From: Eledone cirrhosa
Taxonomy: Eukaryota
Assembly: GCA_964016885.1 (NCBI GenBank)
Contig: OZ024740.1
Coordinates: 232,438,001-232,502,000, forward strand
DNA length: 64,000 nucleotides
Reading direction: 5' to 3'
Both the position numbers and the translations under genes were made by a program. A model generated the notes under the pieces. The model saw nothing but the letters and a program-made list of their open reading frames with translations. It was not told the origin of the DNA and did no database searches. Below, in pieces: positions 28,000-42,800 of the stretch (the first letter of the stretch is position 1; each line of letters begins with the position of its first letter).

Positions 28000-29620
28000 C
28001 TACTAGGGTCAGGGAGCAATAGGTGAAAACTCCAGCTCCGAAGAAGACTCTCACGAACTAGTGATGTAGGTATGACGAGGCGAGTAAAGGCCGACTCTAA
28101 ACAAACCTAGTCTTCGCGGGTCAGAAAAAGAACCAGATTGATGACTGGTGCGAATAAGACCTCAAAAACTGCAACATGGTGAGGTAACGAAAATAATCAT
28201 ACTGCATCGTCCTTGGCACAAATTAACAATAGACTCGTTCGGGCCTTAGATAGAGGGGTTTATTCGAAAATGATATTGCAACCCCCATTTCAGGCTGTAA
28301 AATCCGTCGACGGACCTGCGAGTAGTTCTGGGAGGTCCAAGATGTCAAAAGGTATTCTCTAGCTGTGTTCGGGACGTCTGGAACTCTGGAAACGCTCTTG
28401 CAATGGCAATTCGGAGTGATAATCCCAATTTCCAAAACGGGATGGAAAGATTTGTAGGAAGATTGTCGAGTCCAAGCTAGTTGATAAACAGTGTAGTTTT
28501 TTTACCCCGATGCAACACAGCCTACCAAATATTCACATTGTGGCAAGTTTTGAGAAATTGTGGGATTATTTCCAAATGGTGTATTCGTGCTTTGTAGACC
28601 TAGAAAAGGAATGTAACTGCTTTCCACCGGACTTAATATGGCAGGTCTTACAGACGTATGGGATCGCTGGTCAACTTCATATTGCTCTGATATCTTTAGA
28701 CGAAGGCTCGAGTACTTGTGTTCGGAGAAATGGTGCTAAATCGAAGCCATTCAATGGTGGAGTTGAACACCGCTAGGTGCGCGTAAAGTCAACTTTCTGT
28801 TCATAATCTTTATGAACAGGATTGATTTGCGTAACCGGGTTGGAAGTGACATCAAGACTGGCGTGTGTAGGATCAGTCGGCTGGAATTTGCAAATGACTC
28901 GTCAGAAGGTGATCCCTGGCCTGCACTTGATAGGTATGATGCCGAGTGCTGCATGGCTGGAACGAAAATCAATGCTGCGAAGTCTGAGTCACTCGTCGTC
29001 TCAAGGAAGTTCGAACAGTGAACTCTACATGGGATTGGAGTTCCACTGAAGCAATGTGAGAAGTTCAAGTATCTCGAGGCCATGTTCCAAAGTGATACAA
29101 TATAGGAAGCCGAAATAAATGCAGGAATTACAGGAGCTGGTGGGATAATACGCCGCCTTCACCAATCGATATTCAGAAAAGTGGTGTGTGTAAAAGCCAA
29201 CCTCTCTATCTTCAATAGGGTATTCTTGCCAACAATTACCTATAGTCATGAATCTTGGGTAATGACCGAAAGAATACGATCGCGGATACAAGCGGCCGAA
29301 ACGGGGTTCCTCCGAATGGTCTTTGGAGCAACGTCACTCGACAGAATGCGTAGATCAGAGATCAGAGAGTTACTCCATGTAGAATCACTACTTTTCCGAA
29401 TTGAGAGATCACAGCTCCGGTATTAGGGACATGTTGTTGGAATCTTTCTGGGAAAGAATAGCTGGACAGATTTTACCGATAAATCAGCATGAAATCCAGG
29501 TGTAGAACCCAAGAAGAGTGGTTGGATAACATCCATGACCTCGGTTGGTCTCGCTGACACAGTCGTGTCAACTGAAGACGATTGCTTCTGACAGGTTTCG
29601 CTGGATTCTGCGCCCACGTC
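28000..29620 (+). mobile_element. Decayed RTE-clade LINE (Expander/Rex3-like RT region)
   Basis: CFVDLEK, FIIFMNRI, LEFAND (FADD remnant), EKFKYL, LPTITYSHESWVMTERIRSRIQAAETGFLR, RIERSQLR. Confidence 0.85.
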
Positions 29621-30785
29621 CCTCTCAGAAGTTACTATAGCAACTATTTTAAAGGGTTGGAATTTAGGTATTTTTACTGAGTAATTAGTCAAAGTCCGTT
29701 CAAACTTGTAAATGTCAAACCAGGAGAAGTGTTTATTATATTAATTTGAACACACGTGCAAGTAAGCTTATATATCTTTTGTTGTCACTGTGTAAATACA
29801 TTGTCACAGTCAGAAGTAAATATATGGCATGTATGGGAATTTATATAGGGAATCTTCTATATTGCCACTGCCCGCACCCATTTACTTAAGTAGTTATATG
29901 TGTGTGATTATATACGTATTAATGTGTATGCTCGTGCAGATATGCATCAGTGTATATCTATATGTAAGCATTTATGTCTGTGTGCACACGTATATAGATA
30001 TGTCTATGCGTATGCAGATATTTCTATTCAAATTTATATATATATATATACATAATGGTGATAATTATACGTCCGTGCCACACCTTACATGCAATGTGTA
30101 TGAATTTGTATATGTATATGTATAGATATCTACATACGGATATAACCTCCCGGTTTTTTACCACAATATATATATATATGTATATAGGAGTCGATCGACT
30201 TTCGTCAAATCGGACCGAGGGAACAATGTTTCCGTTGGTCTTTCCAATTGCTAATACTATCTATCGGTCGCAACTCCAGGTAGAAATATATATGTATATA
30301 TAGTATTAAGGATACTATTTTTGGTTATGTATGTAATAAAACCTTTTATGGCTATATATTTTTTATACAAACCCTAAATAGTGAAAGATAGTCATTAATT
30401 ACTATCTTATTACCAGTAAGATAAATATGTATATATATATATATTAAATACAAGACCCGGCAAAGGGTGGAGGACCTCGGCAGAATCAACAGCCATCCAA
30501 GTAGTACTTTATTTATTTATTTATTTCTATTTTTACCTGGGAGAGAAAGGCCGCCAGTTTTTGTCACAACACCTTCCTAGGAGAGGGAAACTGAAAAAAA
30601 AAAAACATACGGCTTTGATGATGTTGACCAGTTCTCCTTTTCGGGAAGTGTTTTTGATGCTCAGAGAGTGGGATTGGTCGAGTGCAGGGCCTTTCCCCAC
30701 TGAAAAATATTCAAAGCCCAGACATTGCTTGGTCAGAATAAGTTTCAGGTTCGTGTGGCTGGCCGTAGCCTAAAAGTGCACCGAA

Positions 30786-30907
<122 letters not shown>

Positions 30908-30973
30908 GTATGTTATGGAATACTGTTAGCGTCTCGCTACAACAATTTCTATACTTTTCATTTATATATATAA

Positions 30974-31081
<108 letters not shown>

Positions 31082-31254
31082 GGGATACCAGGTTATCGTG
31101 TTATAGGCAGTCCACTTAGATGCAGTCCAGTTAGAGTACTCTGTGTAATGGATAGTATTAACGCGTGACTTAGTTTGACTCAACAAGACGTTTCCATAGT
31201 GATGCTGCGAGTTCGCGGTGATTTCTATGTAGTTTATACTTGGAGTAATAATAA

Positions 31255-31565
31255 TTCAAGAAAGAAGAGTGACATGGTTCGCTATACAATAAGGGCTTTA
31301 TTCACATTACTGACAATTGTTTCTTTGATGTGGTAGATCTAGAGTTCACTACCCGCCTGATATAAAAGCCATGCCTTGTGTATCTTCTTCATTTCGCGTG
31401 CTCTGATGCAATCGACTGGTTATAAATAAAGTATTGGAGATCGATTGACGCAAAATCAGGCCGGTAGCGAACTCTAGGCCTACCAGATCAAAGAAACAAT
31501 TGTCAGCAATGTGAATAAAGCCCTTATTGTATAGCGAACCATGTCACTCTTCTTTCTTGAATTAT
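31255..31565. repeat. Inverted repeats of about 85 bp around a 140-bp core with a decayed hammerhead-like motif
   Basis: TTCAAGAAAGAAGAGTGACATGG...TGGTAG mirrored by CTACCA...CCATGTCACTCTTCTTTCTTGAA; core CTGATGC-AATCGA...TCGATT-GACG. Confidence 0.8.
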
Positions 31566-31715
31566 ATATATATGAGCAAAAGGGATATTCAATTTGTTGG
31601 TAATTCAACAAATATAAATGTTTATAACTGTTTTTGAGCACTCGACACGTTTTCTGGAGTATAATATTCAATAATATTTAATAAATGGAAACTATATTTA
31701 TAAAACCATATTTAT

Positions 31716-31770
31716 TCTATTATATATATTTCAATGGTACCAAAACTTTGGTACGCTTTCATCAGATAAA
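31716..31770 (-). ncRNA. Hammerhead-like motif downstream of the Naiad-like ORF
   Basis: CUGAUGA-AAGC-GUACCAAA/GU/UUUGGUAC-CAUU-GAAA-UAUAUAUA; stem I is poor. Confidence 0.5.
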
Positions 31771-32949
31771 ATACAAAGTTTGTTTTATAAATGTTGACAT
31801 TACCAAGAAATGATACCTTAACGGTTCAAGTTTTTCTTCGATAGTGAAGGAATGAAGGGAAAAGAGAAGAAAAGTCAGATATTTCAAATTATTAAGAGGC
31901 GTATGCAAATGAGGTTGGGGTATAGGGCTGAAAAAACGTTATTTTAGACGCTATACAGAATTTAAATAATTAGGATATATGTATGTATGAGTAGGAAGAA
32001 GAAAAAAAGAAAGAAGAGCTTGTATTTACGTTAATTTAAAAGGACTTAACAATTTGCGGGAATGGTGGAATATGATTCCAGAATTTAAATTTATTTAGTT
32101 ATATTATGAAATATAATATTGTATATATAATCAATAAGATTATATGAAGAATTATGGTTGTAAGTAGATTTTATCTTATCACATTACAACCGGTTGTAAA
32201 TATATAAATATCTATATAGATTAATAATTGTGCATGTATAAGTATTATAGAAATAGAAATAAGTTACAATTATTAGTTGTTTACATTTCTCATATGAATT
32301 ACGAAGGTTGTTGCTTTTGCATTTTACATAAAAAACATATAGTTCAAGTTGTAAGAGGAGAACAATTTGTAGATTCAAATATTTAGTTCCAGCATCGAAA
32401 TTGTTTTCAGAATATTGTTAATTTAGCGAAGTTATATAGTTTATCATACATATTATATTATAATATAATGTTTATGTTTGCACGATTGAAAGGGGAAAGA
32501 TAACTCCAATATTGTTTGTTAACCGTTAAATTTGATGAATGATTTACTCAGAAAATATATACAGAAAATTATATATTATTTTGTGTGAGATTAATTTCAA
32601 TTATATATTATTTTAGTCGAAAGATGAGTGAACGTTTGAAGAACAAAAGAAGGGGAAAAAAGTAATGTGCACTTCGAAGAACTATCGTAAAGAGGATAAA
32701 CTTTCAGAATGTCAATTAAAGATTATCAATCTACGTCTAAAAAACAAATATATGTAGAAGGGTATCATTAGGAAAATAATGACAAAAGGTAAAAATAGTT
32801 AAAAAAATATATTAAAAAATTAATGTCAAATGGTAAAAATAGTAGAAATATTAAGAAAATTAAGAAGGAAGATCATTTAACAATTTTAAATTTAGATTTT
32901 TAAAGAAAATAGGATCATTTTGAAGGTGTATAAGATATAGTCAAGTGTA

Positions 32950-33960
32950 ATGAATATCATAAATTAAAAATACTTCTGAAAGTGGAATTTTGGCGATGTC
33001 TGCAAGTAGAAAATAATTCTGTTTTAAGATTAATAGAGTTTTGACAGTTAATTATACAAAAAATTTCCTCGATACACAAGTTACAGAATCTTGAGAAAGC
33101 CATATTTCGGTATGCAAGTGCTTTCGAAATCGTTCCCCAAGATATTGAATAGTCTATATTGTTGTCTTTTAAGATCCAAATTAAATGTGAAAGTGAAGTG
33201 GAAGATTTTTATTGGATCTATTAAATGTGTTTATGGTTATACCAGCGTTCTTTGAATTTTGTAGAAGTAGTACCAATATAGTTAAATACTTTGTCTCTAG
33301 TTTTATCTGTGCATTTATAAATTACGTTTTTGTCTAAGCAATTATTTTGTAAAGAGCAGTTTGATTTAATTCTACAGTTATATTTTCTGGAGTTGTTGTT
33401 GTTCGGAACGGTACTATTATTCTGAATATTGTTGTTAGAAATATTATTATTGATATCTTGGTTAGTTTGGTTAGGGTTTAAATTTAAGTTTCTATTATTA
33501 ATTCTATTTATATTTTGTGCTATGTTCATAGTAGTAGAGTAGGATAGTTTTATAGTGTGTCTGTTAAAAATAGAGTGGTATCTGTGGGCTTTAGGAAAAC
33601 ATTTATCTAGTGCTTTAAAAAATAGCTTTGCTAAAGGTCTTTTAACACTTAATGAGAATGGGGGGAGAATACCAAATAATATTTCTAGTTCTAGTTTTTT
33701 TGTTTGGTTTAGTGTTTAAGTTAAATTTTTTTTTTATTATTATAATTAATTCTAGGATGATTTGTCATGTTATTGTTAACTATGTATTTAATTTTATTCG
33801 AGTATCCTATTCTATGTAAAACTTCATTGTAATATTCTGCCTTATCATCAAAGATATTTTTATTAGCAAAGATGCGTGAAATCCATTGTTGGACGTTATT
33901 GACAATAGTGTTTTTAATATTTCTAGGATGATTAGAATTGAAACTTACGTAATTTAGATT
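32950..33960 (-). pseudogene. Penelope-like element ORF C-terminus, Naiad-like GIY-YIG
   Basis: IIWYSPP, LDKCFPKAHRYHSIFNRHTIKLSYS, NCRIKSNCSLQNNC, VIY...YIGTTSTKFKERWYNH, FCNLCIEE, ELFSTCRH. Clade assignment is from remembered motifs. Confidence 0.82.
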
Positions 33961-34291
33961 TTTTTAATTTTATGGAAATCCAAAAAATGGTCGATAAGGA
34001 TAAATATATATCAAATATATAAGAACCCTAGAGTTTCAGAAGATCCCGTTAAGGGTGAAAGCAGCGATTCTTTGCTTAAACTTTAATCTGTTATTTTAAT
34101 ACATATATATATATATATATATACGTATGTATGTATACATAAACATTCACACACAACGACGAGGGTACTATTTATACAGCCACTTTCCAAGATGGACGAC
34201 TGAATACGCACGTCTGTTTTTTTTTTCTCATTGTTCACCTTCCTTGCTCTTATCACTGTTTACATTCTATTTATTTTCTATTTCTAACTCT

Positions 34292-34329
34292 GTCTTCTGA
34301 TGAAAGATTAGTGTCCGAAACGGTAAGAC
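34292..34329 (+). ncRNA. Minimal hammerhead-like motif
   Basis: GUCUU-CUGAUGA-AAGAUUAGUGUCC-GAAAC-G-GUA-AGAC; stem II is weak. Confidence 0.5.
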
Positions 34330-34521
34330 TATCTTCCTGCAATTTCAAACGTTAAACTTATTTTTGTTATTTCTTTCACACACACACACTTAATGCGTTG
34401 AAATGTCCGTGATCTCCAGCAGACAACTGAAGAAGGTATTGGCCCCCGCTTGTGATTTCCTTTTACTTTTAAATACACTTTATCAAGTAACTACACAGCT
34501 CCCTGTTTCTTCAATATATAC

Positions 34522-34689
<168 letters not shown>

Positions 34690-34829
34690 AGTAAGTATGT
34701 TTTGAAACAGTTAGCAGGTTTGAAATTAGAAAATAGAATATCTTTCACCGTATGTTTGACTAAAGGAATTTTAGCCTGATAATGGGGTTTAGAACCCTCA
34801 GATAAATGGAGAAAGATGAGTATTGACGT

Positions 34830-34889
<60 letters not shown>

Positions 34890-34892
<3 letters not shown>

Positions 34893-35240
34893 GAATCCCT
34901 GTTGATGAAGTGATTCCCCTGTTCGATCATGGAATACCACAAACTTACGTGATACGTAAGTTGGATGGATTATTTCGGATTTCATAGAAACATATCGGAC
35001 GTATTACAGAATATCGTTCGACATGTCCAGGTCTGTTGTTTTACCTAATTAGTTCTTTCGTTGTTTTTGGTACTGTATGGTTGAGTTTTGCCTACCGCAA
35101 TTTTCAATTTGTCAAGCTTTTAAACGTAATGTTACTACTCTAAGGACCTACCCTTATTGAGTGCTTTGCTACTCATTCCTTATTGTAGGTCGGCTTTGCT
35201 TGGCCACAGCCAAAGCTTCGATTTTACTTAGTTTCCACTT
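34890..35240. repeat. Dispersed ~350-bp repeat, second copy at 61578-62025
   Basis: Collinear similarity, e.g. GTTCGATCAT.GAATACCACA, AATATCGTTCGA and CCAAAGCTTCGATTTTACT. Confidence 0.85.
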
Positions 35241-35245
35241 GTATA

Positions 35246-35284
<39 letters not shown>

Positions 35285-35817
35285 AAACTTTCAGGAGTAC
35301 ACTCCCGATAAGTTAGCTAATCTTCACAGAACTATAAAGAACAGAGATACTTGGAAACTTCCAAGTACAGACCATTAGTGGCACTTAAAAAAATATGTAT
35401 AACATTTCAGAAATCCTGTATGTAATACTGGAGATACACATGTATAGACGCAGCAGCATATGCACGTGTACTCATATAAAGACAAAAATAAACACAGATG
35501 CAATAACATCTATATCTGTGCAAACAGACATATCACGTACAGACATAAATATTTAGTTGTTGGCTAAATACGAAAGAAAGAATATTGTCTCTATGTTAGA
35601 AAGTGCTCCACAAATATCTTTCTATTGTTTATAGTCCAACACAAAATTGTAAAATGTCTATGTATATATATATATATGGGGTGGGGGGGGATTGTGTGTG
35701 TGTTTATATAAATATATATATAGACTTATTGGTCCCAGAATTAGTGGTCAGTACTATAGAAGAGATTAATAGATTTAAGGACGAGTCACCAGATATTAGT
35801 TTATATATATATATATA

Positions 35818-35949
<132 letters not shown>

Positions 35950-36046
35950 GAGGTTGATCACTGGAAGGTAATATCCGTAGTGGTATTGCACTCAGTCCGT
36001 GGGGCGAGTTTGGTAGAAGTAGTAACAGAGCAGTTAGTTCACCATA

Positions 36047-36086
36047 CCGAGAACAATTGTTTCACCTTAGCGGATCTTCAGCTCGA
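36047..36086 (-). ncRNA. Minimal type I hammerhead ribozyme
   Basis: UCGAG-CUGAAGA-UCC/GCUAA/GGU-GAAAC-AAUU-GUU-CUCGG: 5-bp stem I and palindromic AACAAUUGUU. Confidence 0.72.
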
Positions 36087-36113
36087 CCAGTCCGATATCG
36101 ATATACATATATA

Positions 36114-36182
<69 letters not shown>

Positions 36183-36183
36183 A

Positions 36184-36254
<71 letters not shown>

Positions 36255-37212
36255 ATATATATATATATGTATATATCTATATATATAGACATACATTTCG
36301 TTGCTCTGGTAATGCGGTCGGACTGCCGACTGCTATATCTGATTTGCTAAGCTGTCTGAACATAATGTTATTACCTCTGGGGTCTTACCTCATCTGAGTG
36401 CTAAAGCTACAGACCGAATATGCATACACGCTAGCTTGGCCGTATATCTGTACTAAATAGCTTCGTCTATGCTGTACTAAAATTTATATATATATATATA
36501 TATTTATATATACAAACATATACAAACATATATCTATGTGTATGTGTGTGCGTATGTATCTACGTATCTACGTGTGAGTATGTGTCTGTATCTGTGCGTG
36601 TGTAGGTGTATGTACGCATATAAATCACGCTCACATGAAACAGCAATATACACACCATCTACAGTTATTACCAAAAGGAAAATGGTAAAGAGGCAGCGAG
36701 AGAAATGACTAGATTTTATTCAAAATAATAGCACACAAATGTACAAAAACAAAAAGCTCTAAAAGATATAAGGCGATCAGACACGGAGCAGACAGTATTC
36801 AGAGTCAAATATATTTAGCATGAACTTGTAAATTTAGTTGTCTCCGCTTCCTCTGTAGTTCCAACGGAGACAACGGGTTTTAAAGCTACACTCCTGCTTT
36901 ATCATTTGTAACAGTAGAGGACATGAGGAAGATGTCTATTTGAAATACACAATGATAAGAAATGAAACTGAAACCGTCTCTATGAAATTAATGGTGAAGG
37001 TATTTCATTAATTTACTATTATTACAAGCAACTTGTTTCATTGCTGTCTGTTTTAAATAGAAAGACAAAATAAGAAAATCAGAATATTAACGAATAGATT
37101 ACATCCATGTGTGTGTGTGATGGGTGGGGGGGGGGGGCATAAGACCTGAGGCTGGTGACAGACTGATGGTGGCCTAACAGTTATATGTAGGTGGAATATA
37201 TACGTATTTACA

Positions 37213-37310
<98 letters not shown>

Positions 37311-37323
37311 GTATATATGTATG

Positions 37324-37382
<59 letters not shown>

Positions 37383-37428
37383 GTATATATATGTATATAT
37401 ATACGTATATATATATGTATATATATGT

Positions 37429-37488
<60 letters not shown>

Positions 37489-37505
37489 GTGTATATATAT
37501 ATATA

Positions 37506-37691
<186 letters not shown>

Positions 37692-37692
37692 C

Positions 37693-38782
37693 CATAGATT
37701 GAGTAAGAAACTCAAAATAGTATTTTTAACAATTAAATAGCTCAAAGAAGGGAAACTTTCCGAGGCGTGTAATACAAATGAATATATGAGAGGGATGAAC
37801 ACCGATACAAGTATACATGTGTTCCAATTGCAAATGACCAAGTTAGCTAGGTTGATAAAATACTAATTTAAAACAATATGGTTTGCCTGTCTCGATTTCA
37901 AGTAATAAATCAATAAAAATAATAAACCTATACCCGGACAGATCTAAATCTGTTTCGCAAGAATTATTAAGTGAAAGCCACCATTCCTGTGCTCTTCTGT
38001 GGGTATGCAGGAAATTCGTACCTTTCACTTCAAAGGATCTAAGAAGACTGAACGATATGCTGATATAAAAGCACATGCAACAGCGCCTAGCGCGTCTCAT
38101 ACTCATGCCGCTATAAATAGTAGCCGTGTTTATGAGACTAAATTTAGCTCTACATAAGGAGCCGAGAATATCATAGATTGAGTTAGAAACTCAAAATAGT
38201 CTTTTACAATTAAATAGCTCAAAGAAGGGAACCTTTCCGAGCCGTGTAATATAATTGAATATATGAGAGCGATGAACACGTGAAAAAAAAAAAAAAAAAA
38301 GTGGTTAAAAAGCGGACTACTAACCTCAAGATTCCGAGTACAATTCTAGGACACCTGATGAAGGCTGGAGAGTACATCAGCCGAAACGTTGTGTTAACAA
38401 CAAAACAAGATCAGGACACCTATCCGTCCAATATATATAATGTAAATAATTCCTCATCTCAAAATATAGAATAGACAAGTATACATGTGTTCCAATTGCA
38501 AATGACCAAGTTAGCTAGGTTGATAAAATACTAATTTAAAACAATATGGTTTGCCTGTCTCGATTTAAAGTAATAAATCAATAAAAATAACAAACCTATA
38601 TCGGGCAATAGCCTTTGATACCCAGATAGATCTAAATCTGTTTCTTATTACTTTAAATATAGACAGGCAAACCATATTATTTTAAATTAGTATTTTTTCA
38701 ACCTAGCTAACTTGGTCATTTGCAATTGGAACACATGTATACTTTTATCGGTGTTCCTCCTTCTCATATATTCAATTATATA
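37693..38782. mobile_element. Tandem plus inverted copies of a pseudo-LTR-like unit
   Basis: 37693-37965 repeats at 38173-38645 (interrupted by an insertion); an inverted partial copy lies at 38655-38782. Confidence 0.75.
38281..38473 (+). mobile_element. ~190-bp insertion carrying an intact minimal hammerhead (38350-38395)
   Basis: Absent from the paralogous site at 37800-37810. GACAC-CUGAUGA-A-GGCUG/10 nt/CAGCC-GAAAC-GUU-GUGUU. Confidence 0.8.
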
Positions 38783-38860
38783 TGTATATATATATCGGTG
38801 TCCACCTGGTTGTGGTGGGGCTGATAACGTTGTTAGGACTCTCTCTCTCTCTCCCTCTCA

Positions 38861-38897
<37 letters not shown>

Positions 38898-38899
<2 letters not shown>

Positions 38900-39080
38900 A
38901 TTGTTTCTACATTTGGCACAAGGCCAGCAATTACCCAGTACTTTACTGGCACTTTACTTTATCGACCCCGTAAGGCTGAAAGGCAAAGTTAACCTCGGCG
39001 GGATTTGAACTCAGTCTGTAAAGGGACGCAACTATGCTGGAAAGCATGGCGTCCGACTATCTAACGATACTGCCAATCCC
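38898..39080 (-). mobile_element. Full-length SINE copy
   Basis: Reverse complement of the SINE consensus. Confidence 0.9.
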
Positions 39081-39202
39081 CGGCTTCGCCCGGAAGAACA
39101 GTTAAGAGAAGACAGATGAAAGAGAAAACGACTGTATTGGATGTGTTGTCTGGTTTACAGTATTAGGCGAGGCCGTAATGTGTGTGTGTGTGTGCGAGAG
39201 AA

Positions 39203-39283
<81 letters not shown>

Positions 39284-39751
39284 ACAGAATAGTGGGTGCG
39301 GGTTGGATGTGTGTGTTTGTGTTTTACTAGCTTTTCAATGGGATGCTACACTTGCTATATAATTATGTCTTGAAATCCTTATAATCAATAGTTTATTGGC
39401 TATTGTGAAATTCGATTTTAAATACACAAAACAATGCAGTCACTAGGTAAATTATCAAACTACTGATGAAAGCGATTTCAAGACATCATTAATTGTTTTT
39501 TAGGCGATGAAACATGTTAATGCTTGGAATAAAACCCTGTTATGTCGCTTATCCGTGTTAATCATCTTTTCACCAGTTATTACTACTCCAAGAACTACTA
39601 ATCACAGAAATTTCAGGAATTTACTCTCCAAAAAACATAAGTAAGCATCTTGTTGAGTCAACTAGCATCGTACGCTGAACTATTCCTCGGTACAGATTAC
39701 TCGTAACTTGAGCGTAGATACCTTAAACGATATCTCGTTTTCTTTGATATA

Positions 39752-39810
<59 letters not shown>

Positions 39811-39814
<4 letters not shown>

Positions 39815-42800
39815 ATGATAATAATAATAATAATAATATTAATAATAATAATAATAATGATTTCTTTATTGGCCACAAGGGCTGACATCAAGAGAAACAT
39901 TACAGACGGGAGAGGACGGTACAGGACAGCACAATGTGGATTTTGTGCGTGTAAATATTTTTATTATTTATATAAGAAACGAGAAAAAAAGGACATAGAA
40001 ACATATATATATATATATAAATAATAAAAATGAAAATTGAAACAATGAAAAATTCCCCAATAGGATGGAAACCTCCGAGGGTTACTCGTGGTGAAAACCA
40101 CACAAAAGACCACGGCCACCCTGCCCACCAGGTCAAGCGCCCTCTCTCAATTTTTCCATCTCACAAACTACAGGCGTATATTCAGAGGGGTCCCGTTCAC
40201 TCGGACCATTCTCGCTACATTCACCCACCTTTCAACAAACTTGCTAGAAGGCAGCACTTGCCTCTCCACCCTGATTTTCCTCTTCAAGTGAAACTTGAAA
40301 AAGTTAATTAGGGATTCTCCGAAGAGGAAAGTGTGTGTCTTTAACCCTTTTAACCTTGTCCACCACACAATCTCTTTTGCCATGGCCACCAGGCAAATGA
40401 AAACCGCCTGCCCTTCCTCCTCGAAGGAAGACGGCGAGACCATCTGCACAATGGACTCAGTCGACAATCGGATCAGTCCCACACGCGACAGCAACTGTTA
40501 GACATAGCTCCACAAGTCAGCAATGCTCGGGCACTGAACGAGTGCGTGCACAAACGGTTTCGTCGCCCTGCGCGCATCTCGGACAGGCTCGGCTGACGGC
40601 ACTTCCGTGCCTGTAGAGCTTATCTCAAACCGGCAGCGCTCCCCGGTAGCAGTGCCAGGCCAGGGATTTTTGGAATTTATCCATAGGCCCCGGGCTGAAA
40701 GTTCTCCGGAAGAGAGCAAACAGCTGATCTTCTTCGACGCCCAGGATCTCTCCGAGAATGTCGTCGCACTTCCCCTCCACTAGTCCTCTATAGAACACCG
40801 AGGTGGATGTTCCACCAATACTGGTGCCCAGTTGGCAGAGGGCAGTGAGCACCTGGAGGCATTCCAGTTTCCAAGCGCTATCCCTCGGTCTTTTTCTGAC
40901 CCAGGACTGCAGCTCCGTCAAGGAGACGAGCTGTGGGAAAACGTGCCTGGCGAACGGCGACCACACCTGTTCACCATCAAGGAAGCACCAGAGATGTCGC
41001 AGCCTCAGCGCATGTTTGCGCATAATCAGCCATGGCATGCCCAGTCTTCCACGCAACGGGTGTTGACAGCAGATGGATCGTCTGACCATGGGAGCGCGTC
41101 TCTTCCACAAAAAGCGGAAGAGGAGGTGCTCTATTTTGGTGAGAGTTGGGCTGGAGCAAGGGACGACGGTGAGGCGGTAGCAGATGACGGATGCGATGTA
41201 CGCATTCGCCACCTCCGCCCGGCCTTTCAGGGACAGCTTCCTCTCAGCCCATTTCTGGGTGGGGGAGGCCGCCCTGCTCGTCACCTCGTTCTATTTTTTC
41301 TCCATCTGGAGGTCCGGTCCGAACCAGATCCCGAGCAATTTAATTGGTCCGTCCGTCCAACGCCCCACGACGCTGTCGGACGGCATGTAGTTGCCTCTCC
41401 AGGTGCCGAGCTGCAAGCCCACCGACTTTTCCTGGTTATCTTTGCTCCTGTCACCGCTTGGTATTCCTTGAGAGCGGTGCCGAGCATCTGGACGTGTCCG
41501 TGCTCGACACCACCACGGTGACGTCGTCAGCGTAAGCCGACTCGGATTTCCCGCATCCTAGTTCGCGTGGGACGCCCCGCATCGCCCCCAGTTTGTGCAG
41601 TAACGGCTCGAGAGCCAATACGTACAAGAGGGACGAGAGGGGACAACCCTGGCGGACTGAGCGTATGATGCTGAACGGCTGCGACAGGTGACCGTTCACC
41701 CTCACAACTGAGCAGATGTCGGTGTACATTGCTGAGATCCAACCCCTGAAAACGGCCCCGAAACCGGCTGCCTCGAGGGCCGCCGCCAGGTACAGATGGT
41801 CGACCCTATCGAATGCTTTGGATTGATCCAAGTTGATCAGGGCCCCACCCTTGCCAGGTTCCTTAAACACCCTCTCTATGAGGTGTCGCGTGTGGTGGAG
41901 GTTGTCGTGTATGGATCTGTCCGGAATGGCGCATGTCTGCGCCTCTCCCACCAGACCCTTGACGACAAGCGCCAACCTCGTTGCTAACACCTTGGCCAAA
42001 ATCTTGAACTCTGCGTGTAGCACCGGCTGTTATCGATAACATCCTCCTTGTTCTGGTCTTTTCTCAGCAGCGCCATTTCTCCCCGGCTCACAAAACTGGG
42101 AATGCTCCCGTTCTGCTGCCAGTTGCAGTAGACGTCTGCCAAGAGGTCACCGAACAAGTCTGGCATAAATGCATAAAGCTCGTAGGGCAGACCATCCAAA
42201 CCTGGTGATTTACCCCTTGTGCAGTTAGCCATCACTTCCCGTATTTCACCGGCTGTTATTGGCTTCTCGCAACACTGTGCTGCGGTCGTCGAGAGCCGAG
42301 GCAGTCCGTCGAGGTATGCACTGAAGTCCATGCCCCGATCCGGGCCGCCGCCGCTCCCGAACAGTTCAGCAAAGTGCTGCTGAAAAGCTTCACACATCCG
42401 CTCGTGTTCGAGCATCACACACCTGTTTTGGTCAGACAAAGACCGAATTGTGGCTTTGTTGCCACGTCGGGCCTCTGACACCCGGGCCCATTGGACGGCT
42501 TTTGTCCCCTCGTGTTTCAGAGCACGCGCTCTAGCTCTGCAACGGAGCCTTCGTGTTTTGCGTTGAAGAATTGGTCGAGTGCCAATCTCGCCGCAAGCAC
42601 GTTGGTTGCAATGCCTGTCCTAAACGCCTCTTCTAGCTTTCTGACTAGCTCTCCCTCTACTCTATTTTCCTCTATCGCTACTCCTTTGCTAAACCTAATC
42701 GACTCTACTTTAATTGCCCTTTTCAGGTCGAACCACTACCTGTTGTTGACGATCGCTCCTGCCAAAGCCCGCTTAACTAATACGGTAATCCGGTCTCTGT

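Noticed and set aside
32950-33530. Selenocysteine recoding, reported for some Naiad elements
   Set aside because: The Cys positions I translated (CNLC, CRH, CRIKSNC) are ordinary Cys codons, with no in-frame TGA at those sites.
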